Positions 54,213-62,959 of a stretch of DNA of 64,000 nt are shown piece after piece. The DNA is from Pseudomonadota bacterium (GTDB taxonomy: Archaea > Thermoplasmatota > SW-10-69-26 > JACQPN01 > JAJPHT01). Under the pieces are notes generated by a model. It saw only the letters and a list, made by a program, of their open reading frames with translations. It was not told the DNA's origin and did no database searches. Made by a program: the position numbers and the translations under genes. The stretch lies in NCBI GenBank assembly GCA_021325135.1, contig JAJPHT010000033.1, positions 1 through 64,000 of the forward strand, given 5' to 3'. Within the stretch, counting starts at the first letter, position 1. Each line of letters begins with the position of its first letter.

Positions 54213-56693
54213 TCAGCGCTCCGCGGCGCGCGCGAGGGGCTCCTCGGGCTGCGCGACGGGGACGCGCCGTCCGCGCCCTTCGAGGCGGGCGCCCACGAGG
54301 ACGAGGAGCATGCCCAGGAGCATGCCCCAGAGGCCGGCCCACACGAGGCCCACCATGGGGAGCACGCTCACGCTGAACGACACGGCGTCGACCGCGCCCG
54401 CGGGCGCCTCCGTGCCCGCGCTGTTGGCGCCCACCCAGCCCGCGGAGGTGTGGAACGCCAGGGGCGTCACGTACACGTCCTCCAGCAGCGCGCGGCGCAC
54501 GTGCAGGTCGCCCGCGTAGTGGTTGCCCGACCACGAGAAGGAGAGCGGGATCGCGCCGCCGGAGTCCACCTGGATGGGCACCTCCACCGAGGCAAGGCCG
54601 CCCGAGGCGTCGGTCCGCGTCTGCGCGGCCGCCAGGGCGAAGGCGTGCCCGCCCGCGCCCACCCGTGCGTCCATGGGCTCGGCGGCGAAGACCTGGCGGT
54701 CCTGGCTGTAGGTGCTCGCGGCGTAGCCCAGAAGGCCCAGCAGGAGCGCGAGGTGGAGCGCGTAGACGCCCGTCTCGCGCAGGCGCGCGCCGAGGCTGCG
54801 CCAGCGAGGGGGCTCGAAGCGGCGGCGCTCCGCGACGACGAGGGCCGCGGCGGCGAGGCCCATGGCGAGGCCCACGCCGTAGCCCAGCGTCAGCGCGGAG
54901 GCCAGCGAGCCCGCCAACGCGAGCGGGTATGCGCGCCCGCGCCACGCGACGAAGGCGCCCGCGAGGCCCAGGGCGGAGAGCGCGACGCCCACGAAGCCCA
55001 GCGCGAGGGAGAGCCCCTCGGGGATGGCGAGGCCCGAGACCCATGTGGGCGGGTTGCCCCAGAGCGCGAGGCCCAGGAGCGAGGCGATGCCTGATAGCAA
55101 TCCCGCGGCCTTGAGGCGCGCGCCGCCCGCGGGGCCCTGCACGTGGGCGAGCTTGAGGAGCGCGGCGGCCAGCGCGGCGGCGAGGGGCGGCGCGGCGAGG
55201 GCCAGCACGCGGGCCTGGGGGAAGAGGAGGAAACCGGCGACGCCGCCCAGGAAGCCCGCCCCCGCGAGGAGGGTGGCGCCGCGCTTTCCCAGCGGGCCCA
55301 CGGAGAGGACCAGCGTGAGGGCCGCGATGACGGGGAGGACGAGGACGGGCGCGCGCTCGTCGAAGAGGCGGCGGTCGGGGCCGTTGACCACCTGCACGTC
55401 CAGGAGGAGCGCCACCGCGAGGCCGATGGCCAGGAGGGCGACGGCGATGGAGAGAAGCGTGCGCTGGTCCAGGGCCAGCTTGCGGCGCGATTCGTCCGCG
55501 CGCAGGAAGACGGCGACCGGGGGCGCGCCCAGGAGGAGCGCCGCGAGGATGGCGAGGCCGAAGGGCGCGAGGCTTCCCGCCTGGAGCGCGAGGCCCCAGA
55601 CGAAGGCGGGGTCCAGCGCGGCGGCGCCCGCGAGGGCGAGGAGCAGCGCGGCGTGCAGGCGCAGGCCCCAGCCGCGGGCGTGGCGGAGCGCGAAGAGGGC
55701 CATCCCTGATAGCACCGTCGCGGTAAGGAGGCCCAGGAGGAGGCGGCTCTCGGGGCTGGCGCCCAGGATCGCCAGGAGGCGCAGGCCCGCGTCGGGCTCG
55801 AAGCGGTTGGTGGGGTCGGTGAACGCGTGGACGCTCACCCAGAGGCCGCTTCTCGTGGCGAAGGTGGCGAAGAGCGTGAGCGCATGCGCGCCGAAGGCCA
55901 GGAGGGGCGCCGCCACGGGGTGGTCGCCGCGCTGCGTGAGCCCCTTGCCCGCGTGGAGGAACGCGGTGAGGGCGAGCCACGGGAGGAGGTTCGACGTCTC
56001 CACGGGGTCCCACGCCCAGTAGCCTCCGAACGATAGCACGTAGTAGGCCCACAGGGCGCCCAGGCCGAGGCCCAGCGTCGCGAAGAGCCACGCCACGCGG
56101 GCCCACCGGAACGCGGGGCCCGCCCACGAGCGGTCGTCACGCTCCGGGCCCCACCAGCCAGCGAGGGCGTAGGCGGCGGGCACGGCCATGAGCGCGTAGC
56201 CCACGAACTGCACGGGAGGATGGATGACCATGAGGGGTGTGAGCAGCACGTCCGCGAGGCCGCGCCCCTGGGGCGCCAGCGCGAGCTTCGCGGGGTCGGT
56301 GGCGTCGAAGGCGCCCGCCAGGAGGTTGACCAGCGCGAGCGCGCCGCCCATGGCCAGGAGGAAGCCCGCCGCGCGGCGGTGGAGCGCGCCCTCCTTGCGG
56401 AGCACGAGGACGAGGAAGGCCGCGACGGCCGCGTTCCAGAGGAGGAGCGTCCCTTCCTCGCCGCCCCAGAGGCCGGCGAGCTTGTAGGGCAGCGCGTAGT
56501 CCTGGCGCGTGTGGTCCCAGACGTAGGCGTAGCCCAGGTCGCCCGCGAGGAAGGCGACGAGCATCACGGCGAACGCCAGCAGCACCGCCGTCGCGTGGGC
56601 GCGCGCGAGGAGCAGCCGCCAGCGCCCGGGCGCCGCGAGGGCCGCGCCGGCGAGGAGCGCGGCGGCGAGGAGGAGGATGGCGCCCAGCGTCAT
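54213..56693 (-). CDS. ccmF: Cytochrome c biogenesis heme lyase CcmF
   Basis: WGGEEGTLLLW, IHPP, FGGYWAWDPVE (WWD), FLH, TRSG..SVHAF. Confidence 0.88.
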   Translation of the reverse strand: MTLGAILLLAAALLAGAALAAPGRWRLLLARAHATAVLLAFAVMLVAFLAGDLGYAYVWDHTRQDYALPYKLAGLWGGEEGTLLLWNAAVAAFLVLVLRKEGALHRRAAGFLLAMGGALALVNLLAGAFDATDPAKLALAPQGRGLADVLLTPLMVIHPPVQFVGYALMAVPAAYALAGWWGPERDDRSWAGPAFRWARVAWLFATLGLGLGALWAYYVLSFGGYWAWDPVETSNLLPWLALTAFLHAGKGLTQRGDHPVAAPLLAFGAHALTLFATFATRSGLWVSVHAFTDPTNRFEPDAGLRLLAILGASPESRLLLGLLTATVLSGMALFALRHARGWGLRLHAALLLALAGAAALDPAFVWGLALQAGSLAPFGLAILAALLLGAPPVAVFLRADESRRKLALDQRTLLSIAVALLAIGLAVALLLDVQVVNGPDRRLFDERAPVLVLPVIAALTLVLSVGPLGKRGATLLAGAGFLGGVAGFLLFPQARVLALAAPPLAAALAAALLKLAHVQGPAGGARLKAAGLLSGIASLLGLALWGNPPTWVSGLAIPEGLSLALGFVGVALSALGLAGAFVAWRGRAYPLALAGSLASALTLGYGVGLAMGLAAAALVVAERRRFEPPRWRSLGARLRETGVYALHLALLLGLLGYAASTYSQDRQVFAAEPMDARVGAGGHAFALAAAQTRTDASGGLASVEVPIQVDSGGAIPLSFSWSGNHYAGDLHVRRALLEDVYVTPLAFHTSAGWVGANSAGTEAPAGAVDAVSFSVSVLPMVGLVWAGLWGMLLGMLLVLVGARLEGRGRRVPVAQPEEPLARAAER

Positions 56694-57607
56694 CACGCGG
56701 CGCGCCTCCTCAGGAGCAGGGCGAAGGCGCCGAGGCCCGCCGCGAGGCCCGCCGCGGCCCACGGGCCCACGGGCTGGAGGTAACGCGCGCCGGCGGACTG
56801 CGCGGCGGGCGCGTCGCGGGCGGCCAGGAGCGAGACGGCGGCGTCGCCCGGCGAGCAGGGCTCGCACCACGTCGCGGTGAGGCGCTCGACGAGGACGGCC
56901 TTCTCGGCCTGGTGCGTGGGGCCCGCCTGGCGCGCCGTCCACGAGGCGGCCTGCACGACCTCGCCGGGCTCGCGCGCGGGGTCCGAGGGGTCGACGACGC
57001 GCAGCGCGACGACGACGCCCACGCGCGCGGGGTCGGTGCCGTTGGGCAGGGCGATCTCGCGGTGGAGGCCGAACGAGGCTCCGACCGCCGAGAGGTTGGC
57101 GCGCTCGGCGGGGGCGCTGGCGCGCGCGACGTGGCGAAGCATCTGCGTCCCGCCGCCCGCGTCGAAGGGGATGCCGTCCTCCACGAGGACGACGCGCGCC
57201 TCCACGAGGCCCAAGGGCTCCTGCGCGGTGACGTTCACGTCCACGGCCAGCGCGCCGGGCTGGAGCGCGCCGTCCACGTCCAGCGTGGCGGGCGAGCCGG
57301 TGGCGGCGCGCAGGTCGACGAGGCGTTGCAGCTCGCGCACCTGCGTCACGGCGGAGTCGGGGTTCCCCTCGGGGGCGGGATCGGCGTCGAGCACGCCGTC
57401 GGCGCGCGTCGCGGGCAGGCGCTCGGCCGGAAGGCCGGGAAGGGGCAGCGCGTCGGGCGAGCTGAAGGGGTCCGCGTCGGGGCGGCCCGCCTCGGGGTCG
57501 GGCCAGGCGTGGTACACGACGAGGACGGGGGCTCCGGAGGGCTGCTGCGCGGAGGCCGGGGCCAGCGCGAGGAGGATGAGCCCCGCCACGAGCGCGACGC
57601 GCAGCAC
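56693..57607 (-). CDS. Exported membrane-anchored Omp28/DUF1223-like thioredoxin protein, apparently circularly permuted
   Basis: Signal peptide; YH..DPF..P...DG..VEDG..RHV first; VLVERLTATWCEPC last; C-terminal TM and RRR; stop overlaps the ccmF start. Confidence 0.7.
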   Translation of the reverse strand: MLRVALVAGLILLALAPASAQQPSGAPVLVVYHAWPDPEAGRPDADPFSSPDALPLPGLPAERLPATRADGVLDADPAPEGNPDSAVTQVRELQRLVDLRAATGSPATLDVDGALQPGALAVDVNVTAQEPLGLVEARVVLVEDGIPFDAGGGTQMLRHVARASAPAERANLSAVGASFGLHREIALPNGTDPARVGVVVALRVVDPSDPAREPGEVVQAASWTARQAGPTHQAEKAVLVERLTATWCEPCSPGDAAVSLLAARDAPAAQSAGARYLQPVGPWAAAGLAAGLGAFALLLRRRAA

Positions 57608-57723
57608 GGCCAGGCCACACGGCGCGGCCCCATAAGGGTTGACGGGGCGACGTCGCGGCGGGACCCCCCGGGCGTGAAAATATATACTTTGAGATAATTC
57701 TCGATACTGCGAGGCCCAAGTTC

Positions 57724-58803
57724 ATGTCCGTCGAAAGCCGGAAGGTCCAGAAAGTAGGCACGTCGACCCTCAGCGTCAGCCTGCCCAAGGAGTGGGCCGA
57801 GCGCACCGGGATCGAGAAGGGGGACATCCTCCTCTTCGAGGACCTGCGCGACGGCAGCTTGCGCATCGCCCCCAGCAAGCTCGGCGGGCCGCGCATCCGC
57901 GACGCCGTGTACGTCGTGAACGCGGACATGGCGACGGACAAGGGCATGCTGGGCCGCATCGTCGTGGGCAACTATGTGATTGGCCGCAACCACCTGGTCA
58001 TCAAGAGCAAGACGCGCATCCGCAGCGAGCACATCCAGGAGGTGCGCACATCCGTGGCCAAGCTCATGGGCCTGGGCATCATGCTGGAGACGCCCGACAC
58101 CATCGAGCTGCAGTGTAGCATCGACGCGTCGCGCTTCCCCATGGAGACGGTGATCAAGCGCCTCTACACCATCGGCTCCACCATGCAGAAGGAGGCCATC
58201 GAGGCGTTGACCACCCGCGAGCCGCGCCTCGCGCAGGACGCCCGCGGCCGCGAGGACGAGGCCGACATGGTCTACTGGCTCGCGCTTCGCCTGCTCCTCA
58301 CCGCGCAGGTCGATCCGCAGGTGGCCGAGCAGATCGGCATCGTGGACCAGCTCCCCATCGTGGGCAACCGCCTCATCTGCAAGAACCTGGAGCACGTCGC
58401 GGACTACGCCGACAACATCGCCAAGAGCGTGCTGGACATCCTGGAGAGCGGCGCCGAGATCGAGACGCCCCTGGTGAAGCGCATCCAGCGCGTGAGCGAC
58501 GTCTCCGCGCGCATCGTGCAGGACGGGCTTGCCTGCATCTTCAGCCACGACCTCAAGCTCGCCAACAAGGCCATCGAGGCGCAGGGCGAGGTGGAGCGCA
58601 TCGAGGAGGAGGTCCTCACGGACATCCTCAAGAAGCACGACGACCCCGCCCTCGTCGCCAGCCTGCGCAGCGTCGCGTGGAGCATCCGCCGCATCGCGGA
58701 GTACGGCAGCGAGATCGCCGTCATCGGCATCAACCGCTACCTGGAGCGCGAGTCGTCCATCTGCAAGCGCGCCGAGGAAGGCGCGCTGCACCGCTTCGCG
58801 TGA
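57724..58803 (+). CDS. phoU: Archaeal phosphate-uptake regulator (AbrB + two PhoU domains)
   Basis: RKVQKVG.STL.VSLPKEW, EDEAD, LEHVADYADNIA, RRIAEY. Confidence 0.9.
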   Translation: MSVESRKVQKVGTSTLSVSLPKEWAERTGIEKGDILLFEDLRDGSLRIAPSKLGGPRIRDAVYVVNADMATDKGMLGRIVVGNYVIGRNHLVIKSKTRIRSEHIQEVRTSVAKLMGLGIMLETPDTIELQCSIDASRFPMETVIKRLYTIGSTMQKEAIEALTTREPRLAQDARGREDEADMVYWLALRLLLTAQVDPQVAEQIGIVDQLPIVGNRLICKNLEHVADYADNIAKSVLDILESGAEIETPLVKRIQRVSDVSARIVQDGLACIFSHDLKLANKAIEAQGEVERIEEEVLTDILKKHDDPALVASLRSVAWSIRRIAEYGSEIAVIGINRYLERESSICKRAEEGALHRFA

Positions 58804-58841
58804 AGCGGGGGCATCCCGCGCGGGAGCCTTCGCGACGGGGC

Positions 58842-59285
58842 CTACCCGTCTCCGCCGCGCCCGAAGGCCCGAGCCACGTCCCGCGCCTGCGCGACGCGCC
58901 GCTTGCGGGAGGCCAGGGCATCGCGCACGGCGCCCGCGAACTCGGCCAGGTCGGGGGGCTTGCGGAGGAAGCGCTCCACGCGGGCCTCGTTGATGGCGCG
59001 CAGCGCGACGCCCTGGTCCGCGAAGGCGGTCATCAGCAGGCGCGACGTGGCGGGGGCGAAGACCGACGCGCGGGCGAGGAAGGAGATGCCGTCCTCGCCG
59101 GGCATGCGGAAGTCGCACAGGACCAGGTCGACCTCCCGCGACGCCATGGCCTTCTCGGCCTCCTCGGCGCTGGAGGCCTCCATGATCTCCACGTCGCCCA
59201 GCTCGAAGGCGAGCCACTGGGCCAGGCTCTCCCGGATGTCCGGCTCGTCGTCCACGACGAGGAGGAGGGGCTGGCCGCCGCCCAT
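58842..59285 (-). CDS. Response regulator receiver protein
   Basis: LLVVDDE, CDFRMP, MTAF, KP. Confidence 0.9.
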   Translation of the reverse strand: MGGGQPLLLVVDDEPDIRESLAQWLAFELGDVEIMEASSAEEAEKAMASREVDLVLCDFRMPGEDGISFLARASVFAPATSRLLMTAFADQGVALRAINEARVERFLRKPPDLAEFAGAVRDALASRKRRVAQARDVARAFGRGGDG

Positions 59286-59385
59286 GGGGCTGGATTGGCC
59301 TCCCTGTCCTTCAAGTCCGTGTCGGTACTCCACCCTTGGGCCCGCCGCCAGCACGGCTTTCCGGCGGGCCCGCGTTGAGCCTCCC

Positions 59386-59892
59386 GTGATCGTGCGCCGC
59401 GCCCGGCCCGAGGACCTCCCCGCCATCGCGCGGCTCATGGAGGAGCTGGCCCGCTTCGAGCGCATGGAGCCCCCCTCGCCGGAGGCCGCCGCGCGCCTGC
59501 GCGCCGACGCCTTCGAGCGCGGCCGGCTGGAGCTGTTCGTCGCGGAGCGCGAGGGCCTGGTCATCGCCTACGCGGCCGCGTTCGAGACGTACTCCACCTT
59601 CCGCGCGCGGCCCATCCTCTACCTGGAGGACCTCTTCGTCACCGAGGCCGAGCGCCGCCACGGCGCAGCCCGTGCCCTGGTGGCCCACCTCGCGCGCGAG
59701 GCCCTGCGCCGCGGCTGCGCGCGCCTCGCGTGGGTCGTCCTGGACTGGAACGCGGAGGCGCAGCGCTTCTACGACCGCCTCGGCGCGCGCCGCCAGCCCC
59801 AGTGGTGGCCTTACACGCTGGAGGGCCAGGAGCTGGAGGAGCTTGCGGCGCCCATGGACGGCGCGGGGCTCGACGACCGCGACGCGTCGTGA
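59386..59892 (+). CDS. GNAT acetyltransferase (SSAT/PaiA-like)
   Basis: ELARFE, YSTF, LYLEDLFV, VLDWN..A..FY..LGA. Confidence 0.9.
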   Translation: MIVRRARPEDLPAIARLMEELARFERMEPPSPEAAARLRADAFERGRLELFVAEREGLVIAYAAAFETYSTFRARPILYLEDLFVTEAERRHGAARALVAHLAREALRRGCARLAWVVLDWNAEAQRFYDRLGARRQPQWWPYTLEGQELEELAAPMDGAGLDDRDAS

Positions 59893-59963
59893 GCGCGACC
59901 CGCGTGAGCGATCTTCCTCTCATCAAGCCCGAGCAAGCGGCCTCCCCAAGCGCGTTTCTCCCA

Positions 59964-60092
59964 TCAACGCGACGACGCCACGGCGCCACGACGCGACGCC
60001 GGGAGAGGCTCGTGTTATTTTCCTCGTCCGTCGCGTCGTGGCGCCGTGGCGTCGTCGCGAAGCAGGGGGTTTGGGGGATGCAGTCCCCCAAG
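59964..60092. repeat. Family A copy with 31-bp perfect arms, abutting a family-B-like GGGGG..CCCCC hairpin
   Basis: 59968-59998 pairs perfectly with 60029-60059; then GGGGGTTTGGGGGATGCAGTCCCCCAA. Confidence 0.85.
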
Positions 60093-60098
60093 TGAGCC

Positions 60099-60120
60099 AA
60101 GAAAAACAGGAAAAAAAGTT
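60099..60120 (-). terminator. Oligo-T tract downstream of the substrate-binding protein gene
   Basis: Minus strand reads CTTTTTTTCCTGTTTTTCTT, about 40 nt after the stop. Confidence 0.5.
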
Positions 60121-60156
60121 GGAGCCCCAGAAAGGGCCCCCGAAGCGTCGAGCCGC

Positions 60157-61503
60157 CTACGCGGTCAGGTCGGTGGCGATGATCTTGGTCGTGCCGTCGG
60201 TCTGGACCTGCCACTCGGAGTAGATGCCCGTCTTCGGCTCGTGCTTGTCGTCGAACTGGAAGTCGTGGGCGTACCCCTTGTAGTCGATGTCCGTGCCGGC
60301 CTTGACCAGGAGCGCGCACTCGGCGAACGCCTGGCAGGAGGTGCCGGGCGGGTTCGCGATGGTGAGCATCTGCTTCTGGATGTCGTCGCCCTTGACGCTG
60401 CCCGCCTTGAGGGCCGCCAGGGCGATGTACATCACGCCGTCGTAGCTCTCGGCGCTGTACTGCTGCGGGTCGTGGCCGTACTTCGCCTTGAACTTCGCGT
60501 TGAACGCGGAGAGGTTGCCGCTCTGGGGGTTCGTGCCCTTGATGCCCGCGGCGAGCCAGTTGCCCGAGGAGTCCTGGCCGGCCTTGGTGGGCAGGCCCGC
60601 GCTGGACTCCGAGGAGTAGAGGCCCTCGGAGCCGTAGATCTTGAACTTGGAGAGGCAGCTCTGCTTCTGCATCTCCTTGAGGATGTTCGCGCCGTCGTTG
60701 ATGTAGCCGAAGATGACCAGCGCGTCGGCGGTCTTCTGGCAGACGGCCGTGACCTGCGAGGAGAAGTCGCCGGTGTTCTGCTCGTTGTACGCCTGCGCGG
60801 TGACCACGTTGGAGGCGCCGAAGGTCTGCGTGAAGACCTTGTTGAGGCCGTTGCCGTAGGCGTTGTTCACGTAGATGATGACGACCTTCGTGTTGTTGTC
60901 GTTCTTCACGATGGCCGCATCGACCTTGCCCTGCACGGCGTCGCTGGGGCTGACGCGCCAGAAGAAGCCCTGGTTGTCGCGGTCCAGCGTGAGCGTGGGG
61001 GAGGTCGCGCTGGGCGAGGCGACGACGATCTGGTTCTGGACGGCGAGGTCCAGGACGGAGGCCGTCACACCCGAGCAGCAGGGGCCGACGACGGCGGTCA
61101 CGCCCTCGCCCGCGAACTGGTTGAACTTGTTGGGGTCGCCTGAGGAGTCGGTGGTGCCGTCGTCCTTGACGTCGGTCGTGATGTGCAGGCCGAGGTTGGC
61201 CGCGTTGATCTCGTCAACCGCGAGGAGCGCGCCGTCGCGCATGTCGGGGCCCAGCGTGTTGAGGGCGCCGGTGAGGGGCATGAAGACGCCCAGCTTCAGC
61301 TCCAGGGGCGTCGTGGAGGGGGTCGTGATGACCGGCGTCGAGGTCACGGGGGTCGACGTGGGGGTCGAGGAGACCGGCGTGCTCGAGGTGGTCGTCGACG
61401 ACGTGGGCGTGGTCGTCGTGTTGTTGGTGGCGCAGCCCGCCAGGATGGGAGCGCCCACCAGCGCGAGCGCCGCGATGAACAGGATCCGCTTCGAGACAGT
61501 CAT
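60157..61503 (-). CDS. Branched-chain amino acid ABC transporter substrate-binding lipoprotein
   Basis: LAGC lipobox, Thr/Ser linker, PLTG, SPSATSP, RVSPSDAVQG, YDG. Confidence 0.92.
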   Translation of the reverse strand: MTVSKRILFIAALALVGAPILAGCATNNTTTTPTSSTTTSSTPVSSTPTSTPVTSTPVITTPSTTPLELKLGVFMPLTGALNTLGPDMRDGALLAVDEINAANLGLHITTDVKDDGTTDSSGDPNKFNQFAGEGVTAVVGPCCSGVTASVLDLAVQNQIVVASPSATSPTLTLDRDNQGFFWRVSPSDAVQGKVDAAIVKNDNNTKVVIIYVNNAYGNGLNKVFTQTFGASNVVTAQAYNEQNTGDFSSQVTAVCQKTADALVIFGYINDGANILKEMQKQSCLSKFKIYGSEGLYSSESSAGLPTKAGQDSSGNWLAAGIKGTNPQSGNLSAFNAKFKAKYGHDPQQYSAESYDGVMYIALAALKAGSVKGDDIQKQMLTIANPPGTSCQAFAECALLVKAGTDIDYKGYAHDFQFDDKHEPKTGIYSEWQVQTDGTTKIIATDLTA

Positions 61504-61602
61504 GATCGCATCTCCATGATGCTGGGTCGCGAAAACGACGTCGGACGGGTAAGAACGTTCCGGGAAGCCGCGGAGACGCGGTTTATACTGCGATCAAAAA
61601 TG

Positions 61603-62490
61603 TCATCGCGCGCGCCAGCGCAGGCGCGGGCCCTCCAGGAACGGCTCGACGCGCCCCGCGCGCTCCATCGCCGCGAGATAGCCCCGCACGGTGGCGAGGT
61701 TGAGCGCGTGAAGCTCCAGCGAGCGGGCCGTGGCGGGGAAGCGGTCCATGAGCGCGGCGTGCAGCTCCTCGTCCTCCGCGGGGCCCTGCCGCAGCCGCGC
61801 GAGGAGCGCGTCCTCGGCCTCGCGCATCGCGTCCGCGTTGGCCTTCACGGCGCCCGCGAGGTCGGAGACGAGCCCGCCGTGGTACGCGACGACGTGCGCC
61901 GGAGCGAGCTGCAGCAGGCGCTCCGTGCTCGCCCGCGCGGCGACGGGATCGACCGCGAAGACGAGCCCGTATTTCGATAGCACCTCGGGGGGCAGCACGG
62001 CGTCGCCCACGAAGAGGACGCCGTCCACCTCCACGCCCATCTGGCGGACGCTGTGCCCCGGCAGCGCGTGGAAGCGCACCTGGAAGCCCGCGACGTCCTG
62101 CGTGCCCTCGCCCCCGACGGCGTGGTCCACGCGGCTGGGCTGCGCCTGGAGGAACTTCCCCTGGAGCGCGCGGGGCGGCGCCGCGCCGAAGAGCGTCCAG
62201 GGCTCCAGGTCGGGCCGCTCGATGAAGAAGTGCTCGTAGTGCGGCGCCACCACTTTGGCCCCCGTGCGCTTCACGGCGAAAGCGTTGCCCCCGATGTGGT
62301 CGGCGTGGGCGTGGGTGTTCACGATGGCGCGCACCGTGCGCCCTTCGTTGGCCAGGGCGTTCACCACCTTGCGCACGAGGTTCTCGTCGAGCCCCGTGTC
62401 CACGAGCAGCGCGTCGGAGCCCCGCGTCACGACGCCGATGGCGGTGGGGGCCTTCGCGTAGCGCACGGTCTCCGTGACCTGCTCGAACAC
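61603..62490 (-). CDS. MBL-fold metallo-hydrolase
   Basis: VDTG, THAHADHIGG, PGHS, VGDA, YHG. Confidence 0.9.
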   Translation of the reverse strand: MFEQVTETVRYAKAPTAIGVVTRGSDALLVDTGLDENLVRKVVNALANEGRTVRAIVNTHAHADHIGGNAFAVKRTGAKVVAPHYEHFFIERPDLEPWTLFGAAPPRALQGKFLQAQPSRVDHAVGGEGTQDVAGFQVRFHALPGHSVRQMGVEVDGVLFVGDAVLPPEVLSKYGLVFAVDPVAARASTERLLQLAPAHVVAYHGGLVSDLAGAVKANADAMREAEDALLARLRQGPAEDEELHAALMDRFPATARSLELHALNLATVRGYLAAMERAGRVEPFLEGPRLRWRAR

Positions 62491-62515
62491 GGCCCGACCA
62501 TGGCGCGTCCTGCGC

Positions 62516-62947
62516 TTAAGCGAGGAGTCGGGTCCGCCCGCACACCGGGCAGGCGATGCGGAGGGGCCGCGCCGCGCTCACGGAGAGCATGGCGCCGCAG
62601 CCGGAGCACGCGCCCTTGGTGCGGCCGGGGGGCGCGGGCCCCACCTGGCGGCGCGCCCACTCGGTGGGGATGGGCTCGGGCGCGGGGGGAGGCGCGGAGC
62701 GCCCCTGGCGCAGGATGGGCGGGAGCGGCATGGGGCCGCGCGCCTCCTCCTCGACGGGCGTGAAGGCGACGGCGTCCATGTCGGCGACGGGGACGGGCGT
62801 GGCCGCGGGGACCAGCTCGAACTCGATGGGCATGTCGGGCTCGGCGCGGGCGGAGCGGCGGGCGCGCAAGGCCAGGGCCACGAGGACGCCCGCGCCGCCC
62901 GCGGCGACGAGGGTCCCGGCTGCGAGGAGGGCGTCCTGCGCGTGCAT
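62516..62947 (-). CDS. Membrane-anchored Pro-rich protein with C-terminal Zn ribbon
   Basis: N-terminal TM; CSGC...CPVC. Confidence 0.65.
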   Translation of the reverse strand: MHAQDALLAAGTLVAAGGAGVLVALALRARRSARAEPDMPIEFELVPAATPVPVADMDAVAFTPVEEEARGPMPLPPILRQGRSAPPPAPEPIPTEWARRQVGPAPPGRTKGACSGCGAMLSVSAARPLRIACPVCGRTRLLA

Positions 62948-62959
62948 CCGGCGGTGCAG

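Noticed and set aside
3657-57971. Many long Arg/Gly/Ala-rich ORFs and N-terminal extensions in the track (e.g. 3657..6542, 12706..15297, 15666..18053, 30113 start, 49757 start, 57971 start)
   Set aside because: Stop codons are scarce in high-GC DNA; these are off-frame or antisense to recognisable genes.
4272-60092. CRISPR array
   Set aside because: The repeats are dispersed hairpins, not regularly spaced direct repeats with unique spacers; there are no cas genes.
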